DNA from: an uncultured Gammaproteobacteria bacterium
Lineage (GTDB): Bacteria > Patescibacteriota > Microgenomatia > JALYQM01
DNA: 64,000 bases
Reading direction: 5' to 3'
Assembly (NCBI GenBank): GCA_964403585.1
Contig: CAYOFQ010000001.1
Location: forward strand, 443,364 to 507,363
A model generated the notes under the pieces. The model was not told the DNA's origin and did not search any database. It was given only the letters and a program-made list of their open reading frames with translations. Positions 19,748-28,785 of the stretch are shown here, in pieces. Made by a program: the position numbers and the translations under genes. Every line of letters begins with the position of its first letter. Position 1 is the stretch's first letter.

Positions 19748-21487
19748 ATGAAGCTTCGTCATCTGTCGATTAAAAACTTTAGAGGTATAAAGACGCTCGA
19801 CTGGAATATAGCCGAAAGCTTCGTGTGCCTATTAGGTGCAGGCGATTCGACTAAATCAACCATCTTGCTAGCCATTGAATACGTGCTATACCCTAACTTC
19901 GCACTATATATCCAAGATGCCGATTTCCATAATCAAGAGGTTGACACTCCAATAGTTATCACCGCCACCATAAGTGATATCCCTGATGATCTTACTAACG
20001 AAAAGAAGTTTGGACTAAGATTAAGAGGCTGGAACCCTATTGATTACACTACTCATGATGAGCCCTTTGAAGGAGATGAAAAAGCGCTAACGATACAACT
20101 CCTAGTAAGCAGCACGTTAGAACCACACTGGAGTGTGATTACAGAAAGGCATGCAGAAGGAGCAGCAATATCACACATTGATAGAGAAAAGCTAGGTGCT
20201 TCTCCGATAGGAACATTTCTAGAACGAGATTTATCATGGTCAAGGGGATCACCTTTACTTCGTTTAACAGGTAATCTAGATAATGCGGATCAAATAATGT
20301 TGTCTGCACGAAGAGGCTTAGGTCAGAGCATGCTAGCCAATCAGCAGACGAAAACTTGGGTAGAACAATGTACAAGTATAGGAGAAGTCGCTAAATCTAT
20401 TGGTGTCCACCCTAAAAATAATCTTATACCATCCCTTGATTTTAAGTCACTTTCTAATCTAAACTCAACACTCACACTATATGATGGAAACATACCGACG
20501 CGACAATACGGGCTTGGGAGCAAACGACTTTTAAACATGTCGATTCAACAGCAAAGTGTAAGTAATGGTGCACTGATACTGGTGGATGAGATTGAACATG
20601 GGCTCGAACCGCATAGGTTAAGGCATTTAATAAGGTATCTTAGGAGATCCTTATCCATCGTCGATTCCACTCGTATCGGTCAGGTAATATTCACCACTCA
20701 TTCAAGTACAAGTATAGTTGAGAGCAAGGCTAAAGAGTTACACTGTGTTATAGATAATGAAGGTGAAATAACGATAGTACAAGTCGGACAATCAATTCAA
20801 GATAAGGTTAGGCGGTGTCCAGAAGCACTTCTAGGAAGGAAAATAGTTATAGGTGAAGGTAAAACTGAATTTGGTGTAATCCGAGGGCTTGATATTGCCT
20901 GGGAGGCAGACGGTGATACCTGCTTTGGTACTTTAGGTATTGTTCCAGTAGATGGTGGTGGTTATACAGTAGCGCCATCTATTGCTATTGAGTTCGCTAA
21001 ACTTGGTTATCAAGTAGCTGTAATGGTTGATAGTGATCAGTCTATAAGTGATGAGCATCGAAAAGGTATTGAACTCCATAAAATATGTTTAATAGAGTGG
21101 GAAGATAAAACTAGCATCGAAGAAAGATTCTTCTTAGATATGCCGTGGTCTATGGTAAAAGAAGAACTGAGATACATAATAGAGAATCACCCAGATACGA
21201 ATAGGCTAAGCATTATACAGGCCATTATGGTGCAGCTCAATATAACAGGGTCTCCTAAAGATTGGGATATAGACCTAAATCTATGGATTGATAAAGGAAA
21301 AGAGGAGAATGACTTAAGGATAGCACTCGGTAAAGCCGCACACAAAGGATCTTGGTATAAACACCCAAACACAGGCATAGATTTAAGCCAACCCTTAGGA
21401 CATAAAATTGGATTATCCTTACATGACATGAAGGGAACCGATACTTACAATAAACTACTTAAATTGAAACACTGGTTATATGAGTGA
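19748..21487 (+). CDS. gajA: Gabija GajA-like OLD-family ATPase/TOPRIM nuclease
   Basis: N-terminal MKLRHLSIKNFRGI, P-loop GAGDSTKST, Walker B/LH region LVDEIEHGLEPHRL, C-terminal TOPRIM IVIGEGKTEFGV…VAVMVDSDQ; 579 aa; 8-bp overlap with the downstream helicase gene. Confidence 0.75.
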   Translation: MKLRHLSIKNFRGIKTLDWNIAESFVCLLGAGDSTKSTILLAIEYVLYPNFALYIQDADFHNQEVDTPIVITATISDIPDDLTNEKKFGLRLRGWNPIDYTTHDEPFEGDEKALTIQLLVSSTLEPHWSVITERHAEGAAISHIDREKLGASPIGTFLERDLSWSRGSPLLRLTGNLDNADQIMLSARRGLGQSMLANQQTKTWVEQCTSIGEVAKSIGVHPKNNLIPSLDFKSLSNLNSTLTLYDGNIPTRQYGLGSKRLLNMSIQQQSVSNGALILVDEIEHGLEPHRLRHLIRYLRRSLSIVDSTRIGQVIFTTHSSTSIVESKAKELHCVIDNEGEITIVQVGQSIQDKVRRCPEALLGRKIVIGEGKTEFGVIRGLDIAWEADGDTCFGTLGIVPVDGGGYTVAPSIAIEFAKLGYQVAVMVDSDQSISDEHRKGIELHKICLIEWEDKTSIEERFFLDMPWSMVKEELRYIIENHPDTNRLSIIQAIMVQLNITGSPKDWDIDLNLWIDKGKEENDLRIALGKAAHKGSWYKHPNTGIDLSQPLGHKIGLSLHDMKGTDTYNKLLKLKHWLYE

Positions 21488-22895
21488 AAACAGTATAGAG
21501 ACTATTATTAACGCTAAACGTGCTGCAATAGTAGCACCTGCTGGTTGTGGAAAGACTGAAACAATAGTAAAAGCTGTCGCAATTTCACCAGGAACGCAAC
21601 TTGTACTAACACATACTCATGCTGGTGTCGATTCACTTCAAAATAGGTTTAAAAAACATCAAGTAAATCACGAAAAATACAGGGTAGACACAATAGCAGG
21701 ATTCGTAACACGTTATATAGAAGCATATCCTGTCATGAGTGGCTGGATTGAAGTTAAGGGAGAGAAGAATAACTGGAACTATATGTATGAAGCTATGTCA
21801 CAATTGCTAGTTAATAGCATCATAAGGAAAGTTATACAGCGAACATATCAAGGTATATATATTGATGAATACCAGGATTGCACCTTAAGACAGCATTTTG
21901 TGTGTGATCAACTCGCCAACATCATACCATGCAGAGTCTTCGGAGACCCCTTGCAAGGGATTTTTGATTTTAATGATCAAATAGTCCAATGGGACACACA
22001 TGTATTTTCGTCATTCGACAAACTTGTTGAGTTGCAAACGCCTTGGAGATGGTACAAGTCGACAAATGAACCTGACAAGAGACTCGGGAATTGGCTGCTT
22101 GACTGTAGAGAGCATCTACTAAATGGCTGGCCAATAGACCTACAGCAAGCGCCACGAGATTCAGTTACCTGGGTAGATTCGAGTAAGGATGGGTATCTGT
22201 CTCTTATTCGGCAGTGTCGTCTATTGTTAAATGTTAGTGGGAACGTTATGGTTTTATTGAATCAGGATAAACAGTGCCATAGTCTGGCTCGTAGCCTTAG
22301 TGGAAAGTATCAATCAATGGAAGAAATGGAGTCGAGAGCACTTAAAAAATATAGTAAGCTACTTGATGATACTACGGGCCAAAAGCGGGTTTGTGTCATC
22401 ATAGATTTTGCTGTCGAATGCATGACCGAATCAACAGTATTAAAAAAAATACGCGAAGCTTTTATTGAAGGCAAACAATACAAGCTGCAAAAGAAGTATC
22501 CTCAACTTTTAATCCACCTTGAAGCTGTAATAGCTGCTGACAGCTGGTCGAATGTTCTTGCTGCTATTGATGGAATAGCTGCCTACATTAACGGTAACAT
22601 TTTTCGTAGAGAACTATGGAGTGAAATGAAACGAGCTTTGTTGTATGCAGAACAAAACCAGTCAACAAGCTTGCAGGAGAGTGCAGAATATGTAAGGGGC
22701 AGAACACGACTAATAGGTAGGTACATGCACTCACATATGATGTCACGCACTCTTTTGATTAAAGGACTTGAGTTTGATCATGTTGTTATTGCTGATGCTG
22801 AAAGCATGAATAAAGAAAATTTGTACGTTGCGCTTACACGGCCTAAGCATCAGCTTATAATCTTATCCAAAACTCCTATGCTACAGCCAAGGTAG
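21480..22895 (+). CDS. gajB: Gabija GajB-like UvrD-family helicase
   Basis: Walker A APAGCGKTE, IYIDEYQD (motif II), FGDPLQGIF, C-terminal VALTRPKHQLIILS; 471 aa. Confidence 0.7.
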   Translation: MSENSIETIINAKRAAIVAPAGCGKTETIVKAVAISPGTQLVLTHTHAGVDSLQNRFKKHQVNHEKYRVDTIAGFVTRYIEAYPVMSGWIEVKGEKNNWNYMYEAMSQLLVNSIIRKVIQRTYQGIYIDEYQDCTLRQHFVCDQLANIIPCRVFGDPLQGIFDFNDQIVQWDTHVFSSFDKLVELQTPWRWYKSTNEPDKRLGNWLLDCREHLLNGWPIDLQQAPRDSVTWVDSSKDGYLSLIRQCRLLLNVSGNVMVLLNQDKQCHSLARSLSGKYQSMEEMESRALKKYSKLLDDTTGQKRVCVIIDFAVECMTESTVLKKIREAFIEGKQYKLQKKYPQLLIHLEAVIAADSWSNVLAAIDGIAAYINGNIFRRELWSEMKRALLYAEQNQSTSLQESAEYVRGRTRLIGRYMHSHMMSRTLLIKGLEFDHVVIADAESMNKENLYVALTRPKHQLIILSKTPMLQPR

Positions 22896-23890
22896 TGCGC
22901 AATCTCTATTCCATATCTTCCTATGCTCCAGTGGTATAGCACCACCCCGGTAGACACCCCCAAATATACAAAAACGGGTCAGGCCCCTCGACTTACTATA
23001 TAAAACACAAGCACCCACCCCCGCCTTAAGTACTGGTACCTCTTTAGAAAGACGGTACTATCCACTACCATAATGTTATATTAGGGAGAGGAGTGTCAAA
23101 CGATTGTTTAGATTGGATCAAAATACAGCAGAAGTTATCCTGGGATACCCCGGCTGAGCCCAGAAAAAGAACTGAGTTCAAATACGGGAAAACTTCGGTT
23201 GTTTCTATATCAAACTATATCACATCGAAGTTTGGTATCTTGCGGATAACCAGAGCTTGTTTATCGGTACAGCTGCTAATCAAACCTATGTTCCTTTAGA
23301 TGCGGTGGGATGAAACTCGGGGTTCTGCATTTTTCGCCCGTCCTTAGCTCTGAGTTCTTACAACGTTTTGTTGCGTCCCCGGCATAGCTTTGCCGTAAAG
23401 GCTAACTCAGGTCAGATAGCCACTATCCACTCACAAGATTCAACTCTAACCATCAACTGCTTTTGCAGTATCCCAGTCGGGTGACACTTCTGCCATTATT
23501 CCACTTTGCTAGAGTTGCTGTCGGTCCTGTTTATCCCGTCATGCACCGAATGTTGGACGGATCTAAAGTGCTTGTTTCCGTTTAAGATTTGGGGGCGGTT
23601 GTCGTTATCTGCTATCGGAGAAAAGTCAGGTATCGTCGGGGACAACCATTCATGTTTATGAAGATAACTTAGCATACACTCTGGAAGATGTCAAAATGGG
23701 ATAGTCATAACAAGCGATTGTTGTAGTTTCGGCTTCGTTTTGCCTTCATCAGATAAGGATTCGTTGAACCTTATAACTACCTCCCTACTACCTAGCGCAA
23801 ACATTGTCTTTAAAATCATGGTGCCACAAGGGCGACCACAACTCAAAACTTTGTCTGCGGTAAGCAGTAGGGAGGCAGTCAGATCAAATC

Positions 23891-24337
23891 CTAGCCGCAG
23901 CTCGTGACCTCGACTGTGAAGTCGGTGCCAGGGAGACGGCCACTCGGCGCGGTGAAGGCGACGGAGATACCGTAGTCGTTATCGGAAACGAACGAGATCC
24001 GGTCAGCGGATGCGCCGCGCACGGGGAACGGAGAGTCGAGCTGGTACAGCGGGAAGTCGCTTGTCATGCGCTTGGCCTTCACGCCATTGACGCTGAACGG
24101 TGACAGCCCGGTGTAGTTAGCCATCACTGGCTTAGTGTGGCCGGTGATGAGCACCTCGTCGCCCGTATGAAGTGATTGGTCGATGCGGGGCGCAGCGGCC
24201 GCCGTAGGGTCGTTCGTCAGGGTTGTGATCGTTGTCGGGCAACCGCCACCGCCGTCAGCGAGTGCCGAGGGGGCGAAATACACAGCCGACGCGGCGAGCA
24301 TGGCGATGAGCGACAGGGTTGCGATGAGCTTACGCAT
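23891..24337 (-). CDS. Secreted hypothetical protein, GC-rich xenolog
   Basis: Signal peptide MRKLIATLSLIAMLAASAVYFAPSALA; coding sequence visibly GC-rich relative to flanks. Confidence 0.55.
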   Translation of the reverse strand: MRKLIATLSLIAMLAASAVYFAPSALADGGGGCPTTITTLTNDPTAAAAPRIDQSLHTGDEVLITGHTKPVMANYTGLSPFSVNGVKAKRMTSDFPLYQLDSPFPVRGASADRISFVSDNDYGISVAFTAPSGRLPGTDFTVEVTSCG

Positions 24338-25392
24338 TGTTATCTCCTTGTGGTATTGAACTCAAAGACAGACGTTAGAAAGCAGGAGTGCTTCCTAGTT
24401 GCGGCATACGCAACCTTTCTGACCTATTTTCATAGGCTTTCTCTTTACTATTTGGGACACTTCAGATAGAAACAGAGCAGTTTTTATCTCAAATGTCCCA
24501 ACTAGTTAGGGAGGACTTATCTTCCTATTGCTTACATAGATAGTAGGGAATTGTTGGAGCTTTGAACTTATTATGCTTTACCTCTAAGGCGATGATTGGG
24601 CGTCTATTTGGCTTAGCAAGCTCAAGGCTCCAATTTTCCCTACTAAAATAGTTTTAAGGTACTAGCTTACTTGAAGTAAGCTTAGCTCATAAGAATTATG
24701 CTCAGAGTGAGCCTAGTTGCTTTACGAGCAGCCTATATAATACCACATCTCATCAAAAAATACTATAGGATATAATACATAGAGTATAAAATATACTCAT
24801 TTAAACTATTGATTGTTCGCTATCGGTTACTTGAAGTATTTGCTGTAGCAGGCATTTTGTTCGCTACTAATTGAACTTGTACACGCACTTATGCATGTTG
24901 TGTCACGCTACAACCTTTGTCACACTCATCCACTTTTCTCTTGGCATCACTCAATCACATGTCATAGAGAAGGTTCTTTACGTGTCCTATTTCACGCTTG
25001 CCAATATTATTGCAGCACTTAAAGCTGATCCCCAAGACATTCTTCCGCTCGCGTAGTATTACCTATTGACTATCATCAGTCCTCTTAGTACCCTAGCAAC
25101 AATTAAGAGAAAAAGATCCGGCAAGAGTTACATCTGAATACATTGCGTACTAATTCTTCCTAAACAGCAGAACAACCTAGGCGTCCATACACTTGAACGC
25201 GCGAAGGGGGGAAACCTTAATACCAGTACTGTTTAGTTGCAAGAGGTGTACTTCTCATTAAAAGCATCGCGTTACAGACACGCGTTGGAGAAGTATGCCT
25301 CTTTTTTGTTATTTCCGCCTCACGCCTTACAGTTGTCATGATCCTCCCTAAGTCATTGTGCTGCTTATTTTTATCACTACGAAAGGGCATAT

Positions 25393-25806
25393 ATGAAAAA
25401 TAGTACATGTGTTATTTACCTCAGAACTTCAAATCCAGAAGAGTCGTCATACGACGCTCAACAAAAGATCTGCGAAAAGTATGCTCGAGAGCACAGAATG
25501 TCCGTAAGGGCTGTGTTTAAAGATGAGACATCGACGATAAGAATACAACAAAGCGCAGTGTTTAATGAGATGCTTAAATTCATCGAAGATCACCAGATCG
25601 ACCATATCGTGGTTGCACATGCTGATAGACTAGCGCGTAAGCTGATAGATGCAATATTGCTTGATGAGTTAGTTGCATCAAAGGGAGCCTCCATCAAAGC
25701 TGTGGAACACTTCAAACGATCTGTAAAAGAAAGATATATCGTACATTCGCTGCTTGCAGATTATTATGCAACACAATTACAGGATAGAAACGAGGTGAGC
25801 ATTTAG
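25393..25806 (+). CDS. Serine recombinase catalytic-domain-only protein (truncated resolvase)
   Basis: CVIYLRTSNPEES…HIVVAHADRLAR resolvase N-domain; no DNA-binding domain; 137 aa. Confidence 0.55.
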   Translation: MKNSTCVIYLRTSNPEESSYDAQQKICEKYAREHRMSVRAVFKDETSTIRIQQSAVFNEMLKFIEDHQIDHIVVAHADRLARKLIDAILLDELVASKGASIKAVEHFKRSVKERYIVHSLLADYYATQLQDRNEVSI

Positions 25807-26169
25807 TGTGCTAGTTATGAAGGGGGTCAGAGTAAGCTACTTCTCTGACCCTTATGATCGTACTGTAGCTTTTACTGAAAAAGATAGCCTCTGGCAGTGC
25901 GGATAGTTGATCTTGAAACATAATAAGTCCAAGCGTAACTCGTAACAGTATTAAGCGTGTACTTCTCTTTTCGTTATTTTCAACGCAATAAGGAGTACAT
26001 TACATGTTTACCGACGAAGAGTTATCTCGTTTCCGTGAACTATATCTTCTACATCACGGAACATTATTGTCAGAAGAAGAAGCGTTAGCTATCGCTACAC
26101 CCCTCAGTGAATGCTTTAAGGCCATTGCGAAACCATTTATACGGCCATACAATGCAAAGGAGAAACAAA

Positions 26170-27966
26170 ATGATGAATGAAATAGAACAGCCAGTAGAAT
26201 ATAAACGTCGTTCCAGTGATGACGATCATCAGATCGCAAGCATACCTTCTCAAGAGCGGGCTTTGAGAGACGGTATCCCCAACTATTCAAAGCTTGCATT
26301 TATAAAAAAGTTTGAGGAGAGTAAATCAGCTAAGAAACCAGGTAGACCATTCTTTAATGAGATGGTCGAGTTGCTTGAGTCGGGCAAAGCAAAGAGCATT
26401 GTGGTGTGGCATCTTAACCGCCTTGCACGTAACCCTGTTGATGGTGGACGCATAATCTGGGTAGTACAAAATTACGGTGTAAAGATTCACACGCCAGGCA
26501 AGACGTATACAAAGGACGAGCTTATTCTGTTGTATGTCGAGTTTGGCATGGCTAATCAATTTATCAACGATTTGCAGAAAACAACGAAGCGGGGACTAGA
26601 AGATAAAGTCTTATCAAAGCAAGCACCACAACTCGCTCCAGTAGGATACCTCAACAACACACTAAAGCGGCAAGGGGAACGTGACATTATTTCAGATGAA
26701 AAGCGATTTAATACGGTGAGAAAGATGTGGGACCTACTTCTCTCGGGCAACTACAACCCAAAGCAGATCTTCCTTATTGCAAAGGACGAGTGGTGCTTTA
26801 CTTGTAAAGACGGTCATCCTCTTTCTCGTTCCCGAATTTACGAGATGTTTCGAAACCCTTTCTATATGGGCAGGTTCAAACGGAATGGCGAAGTGCATGA
26901 CGGTACTCATCCACCGATGGTCACACCTCATGAGTTTTCATTAGCACAAAAGATTTTAGATGGTCATGGCAGACCACGAAAACGCACCAGAGAGATTATC
27001 TATAATCCACTTTTAAAATGTACTTGCGGTTCCAGTGTAACAACGGAAGAACGTTACCGTAAAATCTGCCCATCGTGCCATCACAAATACAATGCAGAAG
27101 TACACGCAAAGTGTCCAAAATGCCTTACAAAGGCTCCAGAAAAGACAACCCACTTCGCATACTGTCACTGTGATAGAGGCAGAGATAGCTCATGCACACA
27201 GCCACATATAACGATCAAAGACCTTGAAAAGCAGATTGATGAACTATTATCAACTATCGAGATACATCCAGATTTTGTTAAATGGGCGATGGATCACTTG
27301 CGGAGAGTTAACGCAGAAGAGGGGAGCTTTGTTCAATCAAAGCTCTCTTCTCTCAATGACCGGATCGTAGCTATTACACGACTTGAAACATTGTTGTTTG
27401 AAAAGTGGGCGAGTGAATCAAACGCTGATGGCAGCCTTATCTCTGATGAGCAATATAAAACACGCAAGAACAACTACGCAGACGAAAAGAAAACCTTACA
27501 CGAACAACTTAATGCTACGCATTACAGTCATGACAACTGGCTCGAAACAGCAGAGAAGACTTTTGTGTTTGCACGAAACGCCCGTTACTGGTTTGCACAA
27601 GGAGACAAGATTCAGAAGAGAGCAATCATACAAGCACTTGGTTCGAACCTGATACTAAAAGATCGAAAACTGCATTTAGATCTGCAAAAACCCTTACAGT
27701 ACATCCAAGAAGCGAAGATTCTGATCGAGTCGGCAAATGATAACTTCGGACCCGCAGATAGTGTAGTAATAAAGGGAAAAAAGTCTGATTTAGACTTTGA
27801 AAATCTCGTTGGGGGTGATCGACGGGATTCGAACCCGCAACCAGCAGCTCCACAAACTGCTGCTCTACCATTGAGCTACGACCACCATAAGTTCACAAAA
27901 AGCCCAGATTTCGGGCTGAACTCACGTGAGAGTATAACAAAATTCCGGGCTAAAGTATATATTTGA
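26170..27966 (+). CDS. Large serine recombinase (integrase) adjacent to tRNA-His
   Basis: MMNEIEQPVEYKRRSSDDDHQ…SIPSQERA catalytic region, VVWHLNRLARN, recombinase domain, Cys-rich zinc-ribbon region (CTCGS…CPSCHH…CPKC), C-terminal coiled coil; the ORF has no stop until 27966 and reads through the antisense tRNA-His, so the true C-terminus is probably near 27800; the upstream 26107 start is probably over-called. Confidence 0.75.
   Translation: MMNEIEQPVEYKRRSSDDDHQIASIPSQERALRDGIPNYSKLAFIKKFEESKSAKKPGRPFFNEMVELLESGKAKSIVVWHLNRLARNPVDGGRIIWVVQNYGVKIHTPGKTYTKDELILLYVEFGMANQFINDLQKTTKRGLEDKVLSKQAPQLAPVGYLNNTLKRQGERDIISDEKRFNTVRKMWDLLLSGNYNPKQIFLIAKDEWCFTCKDGHPLSRSRIYEMFRNPFYMGRFKRNGEVHDGTHPPMVTPHEFSLAQKILDGHGRPRKRTREIIYNPLLKCTCGSSVTTEERYRKICPSCHHKYNAEVHAKCPKCLTKAPEKTTHFAYCHCDRGRDSSCTQPHITIKDLEKQIDELLSTIEIHPDFVKWAMDHLRRVNAEEGSFVQSKLSSLNDRIVAITRLETLLFEKWASESNADGSLISDEQYKTRKNNYADEKKTLHEQLNATHYSHDNWLETAEKTFVFARNARYWFAQGDKIQKRAIIQALGSNLILKDRKLHLDLQKPLQYIQEAKILIESANDNFGPADSVVIKGKKSDLDFENLVGGDRRDSNPQPAAPQTAALPLSYDHHKFTKSPDFGLNSRESITKFRAKVYI
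27810..27886 (-). tRNA. tRNA-His (GTG) with encoded G-1 and CCA
   Basis: Minus strand G-GTGGTCG…anticodon loop TTGTGGA (GTG)…T arm GGTTCGAATCC…CGATCAC-C-CCA; full cloverleaf pairs by hand. Confidence 0.85.
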
Positions 27967-27973
27967 CTCTTAT

Positions 27974-28317
27974 TTACACTTTTCCAAACTCCAGTTTATC
28001 CAGCCGTTTCTCAATTCGGCTCAGGGCAGCCTCTGTTTTTTCCTCAGAGTCTTTGGATTCCGGAGCACCTTTATGTACCAAAAAGCTGGTCAGCACGATC
28101 ATACTAAAAAGCTGCAGGAACTCCGACTGCCAGTTTTCAAAGGTCGCGGAAAGAAAAGCCGGAAGAAAGTTGACCAGATTTGCAGCCTGACCATGAGCGT
28201 TTTCATCCTGGGCAAACTCCAGCCATTGAAAGATCGATTGTCCAATCCAGCTCAAAATAAAGAGAGTTCCGAGTACAATACTTAAGCTGTAATCTTTCCA
28301 GAGTTTCTTAAGGTCCA
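27974..28317 (-). CDS. Small membrane protein (hypothetical)
   Basis: Start MDLKKLW preceded by AGGAGGA RBS; two TM helices. Confidence 0.5.
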
Positions 28318-28460
28318 TAATTCCTCCTCTGAGCAGTAAGTACAAAATTTACAATAGTTATAGTAATAGTATAACATAATAGCACAATATTGGTAAATAT
28401 TTAAATAAGCACAAAAAAACGGCCATTGCTGACCGTTTTAGCATTCAATCGTAGTCAAAC

Positions 28461-28709
28461 TTATTCATCGCCTAAATACGCATCTTCGTCCATAGCGGAA
28501 TCGACATCCTCAGGGGAAATTGTCGGCTCAGGAGTTGGGGTTACCACCGGTTGCACTGCTGCTGCCGAAGAGTCTACCTGAGTAAACGGATCTAAGCTAG
28601 GTCCGCCCGGGGTATAAACAGAAATACCAAGTGCCAGAGTGACCGCTGCACACATACCGACCACAAGCAAGTTTGACCAGCCTGGTCGTGAATCAATATT
28701 TTTTGCCAT
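28461..28709 (-). CDS. Small membrane-anchored hypothetical protein
   Basis: 82 aa, one TM helix, Pro/Thr-rich acidic tail. Confidence 0.4.
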   Translation of the reverse strand: MAKNIDSRPGWSNLLVVGMCAAVTLALGISVYTPGGPSLDPFTQVDSSAAAVQPVVTPTPEPTISPEDVDSAMDEDAYLGDE

Positions 28710-28785
28710 AGAGTCTTAGTCCTTTGTATAAAGTACGATATACTACATCTATAATAACGAAAAACATAGGGGGTATGTCAACTGT

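Larger units (their letters stand above)
16123..27886. mobile_element. Composite integrative island at tRNA-His carrying Gabija defense system and serine recombinases
   Basis: Bounded by a truncated HK gene on one side and tRNA-His on the other; contains XRE regulator, two large serine recombinases, a resolvase fragment, GajA/GajB, a GC-rich foreign gene, unusually long noncoding stretches and AT-richer cargo genes. Confidence 0.55.

Noticed and set aside
22930-22960. ccagtggtatagcaccacc resembles the D-arm/acceptor half of a tRNA, possibly an att remnant of tRNA-His
   Set aside because: Only ~13/19 identity to the tRNA-His 5' half and no cloverleaf; could be chance.
23300-23890. Possible tmRNA (a tag-like reading frame GCAAAACGAAGCCGAAACTACAACAATCGCTTGTTATGA on the minus strand) or RNase P RNA / group II intron in the ORF-free segment
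   Set aside because: No tRNA-like 5'/3' acceptor pairing, no GGTTCGAATCC T-arm, the tag does not end in the usual (Y)ALAA, and no P4 or domain V consensus could be found by eye. Left as an unclassified noncoding region.
24750-24770. ACTATAGG resembles the core of the T7 phage promoter (CACTATAGGGAGA)
   Set aside because: The upstream TAATACGACT part is absent and no phage-type RNAP gene is present; more likely a native AT-rich promoter-like motif.
28418-28440. aacgg…ccgtt hairpin with flanking A/T runs as a terminator
   Set aside because: Only a 5-bp stem with a 10-nt loop; too weak to call.
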